Origin: Heptranchias perlo
Taxonomy: Eukaryota
Assembly (NCBI RefSeq): GCF_035084215.1
Contig: NC_090349.1
Span: 9,920,001 to 9,984,000, forward strand
Reading direction: 5' to 3'
Length of the DNA: 64,000 nucleotides
Below the pieces are notes generated by a model. It ran no database searches. It saw only the letters and a list, made by a program, of their open reading frames with translations, and had not been told where the DNA came from. How positions within the stretch are numbered: the first letter of the stretch is position 1; every line of letters starts with the position of its first letter. The translations under genes and the position numbers were made by a program. This document shows, piece by piece, positions 61,320-64,000 of the stretch.

Positions 61320-62915
61320 ACCTTCCAGCTCATCTTGACCATAAGATCTTGCTCCCTCGACCCTATTCCCACTAAATTGCTGACCACTAAACTTCCCTTT
61401 CTGGTCCCCATGTTAGCTGACATTGATAACGGTTCCCCTCCCTTTCAAATCTGGTGTCATCACCTCCCTCCTCTAAAAACCCACCCTTGACCTCTCTGTC
61501 CTTGCAAACTACCGCTCCATCTACAACCTCCCTTTCATCTCCAAAATCCTTGAACGTGTTGTCACCTGTCAAATCCATACCCATCTTTCCCGCAACTCGA
61601 TGTTTGAACTCCTCCAATCAGGTTTCTGCCCCTGCCACAGTACTGAAACGGCCCTTATCAAAGACACAAATAACATCCTATGTGACTGTGACCATGGTAA
61701 ATTATCCCTCCTCATCTTTCTCGACCTTTCTGCTGCCTTTGACGCGGTTGACCACACCACCATCCTCCAACGCCTCTGCTCCGTCGTCCAGCTGGGTGGC
61801 ACTGTACTCACGTGGTTCCATTCTTATCCATCCAGTCATAGCTGGAGAAGGGCCTGCAATGGCTTCTTTTCCAGCTCCTGCACCTTTACTCCTGTAGTCC
61901 CCCAAGGATTTATCCTTGGCCCCCTCCTATTTCTCATCTACATGCTGCCCCTCGGCGACATTATCTGAAAACACAACGTCAGATTCCACATGTACACTGA
62001 CAACACCTAGCTCTACCTCACAACCATCTCCCTCGACCCCTCCACTGTCTCCCATTTGTCACACTGCTTGCCTGACATCCAGTACTGGATGAGCAAAAAT
62101 TTCCTCCAATTAGCATTGGGAAGAACGAAGCCATTGTCTTTGGTCCCTGCCGCTAACTCTGTTCCCTAGCCATTGACTGCAACCCTCTCCCTGGCCACTG
62201 GCTGAGGCCGAACTAGACCTTTCACAACCTTGGCGTCCTATTTGACACTGAGATGAGCTTCCGACCACATATCTGCTCCATCACTAAGACCGCCTATTTC
62301 CACGTCCATAACATTGCCCGCCTCAGCCCCTGCCTCAGCTAATCTGCTGCTGAAACCCTCATCCATACCTTTGTTACCGCTAGACTGGATTATTCCAATG
62401 CCCTCCTGGCTATCCTCCCATCTTCCATCATCCATAAACTTGAGCTCATCCAAAACTCTGCTGTCCGTACCCTAACTTCCACCAAGTCCCATTCTTGCAT
62501 CACCCCTGTGCTTGCTGACCTACATTGGCTCCCAATCTGGGAACACCTGGATTTGAAAATTTTTATCCTTGTTTTTAAATCCTTCCATGGCCTCTCCCCT
62601 CCCTGTCTCTGCAATCCTCCAATTCTTGCCTCTTGAGCATCCCCGATTTTAATCACTCCACCATTGGCTTCAAGGCAGCTGAAGGCCTAGGTCCCAAGCT
62701 CTGCAATTCCCCTGTAACCTTTCTGCCTCTCTACCTCTATCTCCTCCTTTAAGATGCTCCTTAAAACCTATCTCTTTGACCAAGCTTTTGGTCATCTGTC
62801 CTAATCCCTCATTATGTGGCCCCGTGTCAAATTTTGTATGATAACGCTGCAGTGAAGCACCTTGGGACTTTTTACTACGTTAAAGGCGCTATATAAATGC
62901 AAGTTGTTGTCGTTT
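61320..62915 (+). mobile_element. 5'-truncated L2-clade LINE (RT plus 3' tail), inserted ~1 kb upstream of cluster 4 only
   Basis: QSGFCPCHSTETAL, FLDLSAAFDAVDH, VPQGFILGPLLFLIYM, with stops; tail ggcgctatataaatgcaagttgttg. Empty site in clusters 1-3 (e.g. ~8765). Confidence 0.9.
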
Positions 62916-63780
62916 TTGGTTGCTTTTTTGTAGCAGCATAAGGTTGCAGATTCTATACGTTATTAGTTTTCAGAGAAATCAGAAATGCATTTTGTTTAGA
63001 ACTTCCCTGGAAATTACGGAAGCGATGGAATCTTCACTGAAATATTTACAATGTCGTTGCAAATACATTAATTTATGATTTGTAAAGCTATGCACAATAC
63101 AATAACACCTGGCGTGAGAATTGCTCTGGTCGCAATTGTTTGTGAAGAATTCTTTCTCTTTTCTGGCAATATTGGACAACGGAAATCTTCACCAATTTAT
63201 TGAGCACCCCTCACACATAGTGATCAGAGGAATTCTAAACCCATAGTGCCAACATGTTGACTGATAAACACCCAACGTCCACAAGAGCTAAACCTGAAGC
63301 CACCAATGCCTCGCTTCACAGGCCCATATGAGATGAAATACCGTCATTCCTATGTAGCAATTATGAGGCATGTTCAACACAGATATGGCGAGGTTCGTTA
63401 CTGGTCCGTTGATCTAATTGGTTTGCGATAACCATCCAATTTCACTGGCCTTGACTTGCATTCTTCAGTTATAGCATTTTACTTTCCACAGTTTGCTTTT
63501 AAAATGTGTAAATGACTGAGGAAATCAATCGACAAAGCACGTGAATAGATATTTTTGCATTGTACATTTTGCAGGAGAAGATGAGGATTGTGCTGCTGTT
63601 GGATCCATCTCTACCAACAAACTGGTTAAAATTTTCTGTATTTGGCACTCGTATTTTAATTCTTCTTAATTAAATATATGTTTATATATCATGTTTAGTC
63701 ATCTTAAACATGTTTGCGTTGCCGAGAGGGGAGAAGTCACTCAATGATTTTGTGTGGGACTGTTGAGAGCTCACTTAGGA

Positions 63781-64000
63781 TCATAGAAACATAAGAACAG
63801 GAGAAGGTCATTTAGCCCCTCGCGCCTATTCTACCATTCAATGAGATCCTGGCTGATCTGTGACCTAACTCCACATACCCACCTTAGCCCCATATCCCTT
63901 AATATCTTTGGTTAACAAAAATCTATCAATCTCAGGTTTGAAAATAATAATTGAGCTCGCATCAACTGCCGTTTGCAGAAGAGAGTTCCAAACTTCTACC
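63781..64000 (-). mobile_element. CR1 LINE 3' end (continues beyond the window)
   Basis: catagaaacataagaacaggag...ccattcaatgagatc, a CR1 3' UTR pattern. Confidence 0.75.

Overview
This is vertebrate genomic DNA, almost certainly a cartilaginous fish (shark). It holds a head-to-tail array of four apparently intact immunoglobulin lambda (type II/NS3-like) light-chain clusters, all on the minus strand and spaced 14-20 kb apart. Each cluster runs: octamer promoter, 49-nt leader exon, germline-joined VJ exon with no RSS, J-C intron, 323-nt C exon, AATAAA. I number them 1-4 from left to right. The spacers are a shared duplicated backbone filled with nested transposons: CR1 and L2 LINEs, a SINE relic, an old and a younger PIF/Harbinger DNA transposon (transposase plus Myb/SANT-like gene, the latter destroyed by a 0.7-1 kb CCT/CGT expansion), and a 101-bp Penelope-type insert with a minimal hammerhead ribozyme. 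The most interesting signal is how the pre-joined V genes differ. Frameworks are nearly invariant. CDR differences are largely contiguous 2-4 nt substitutions, resembling shark somatic hypermutation. Leader, CDR2 and CDR3 give three mutually incompatible groupings of the four paralogs. Together this suggests germline CDR diversification and shuffling standing in for V(D)J recombination. All comparisons were made by eye, and TE boundaries are approximate.
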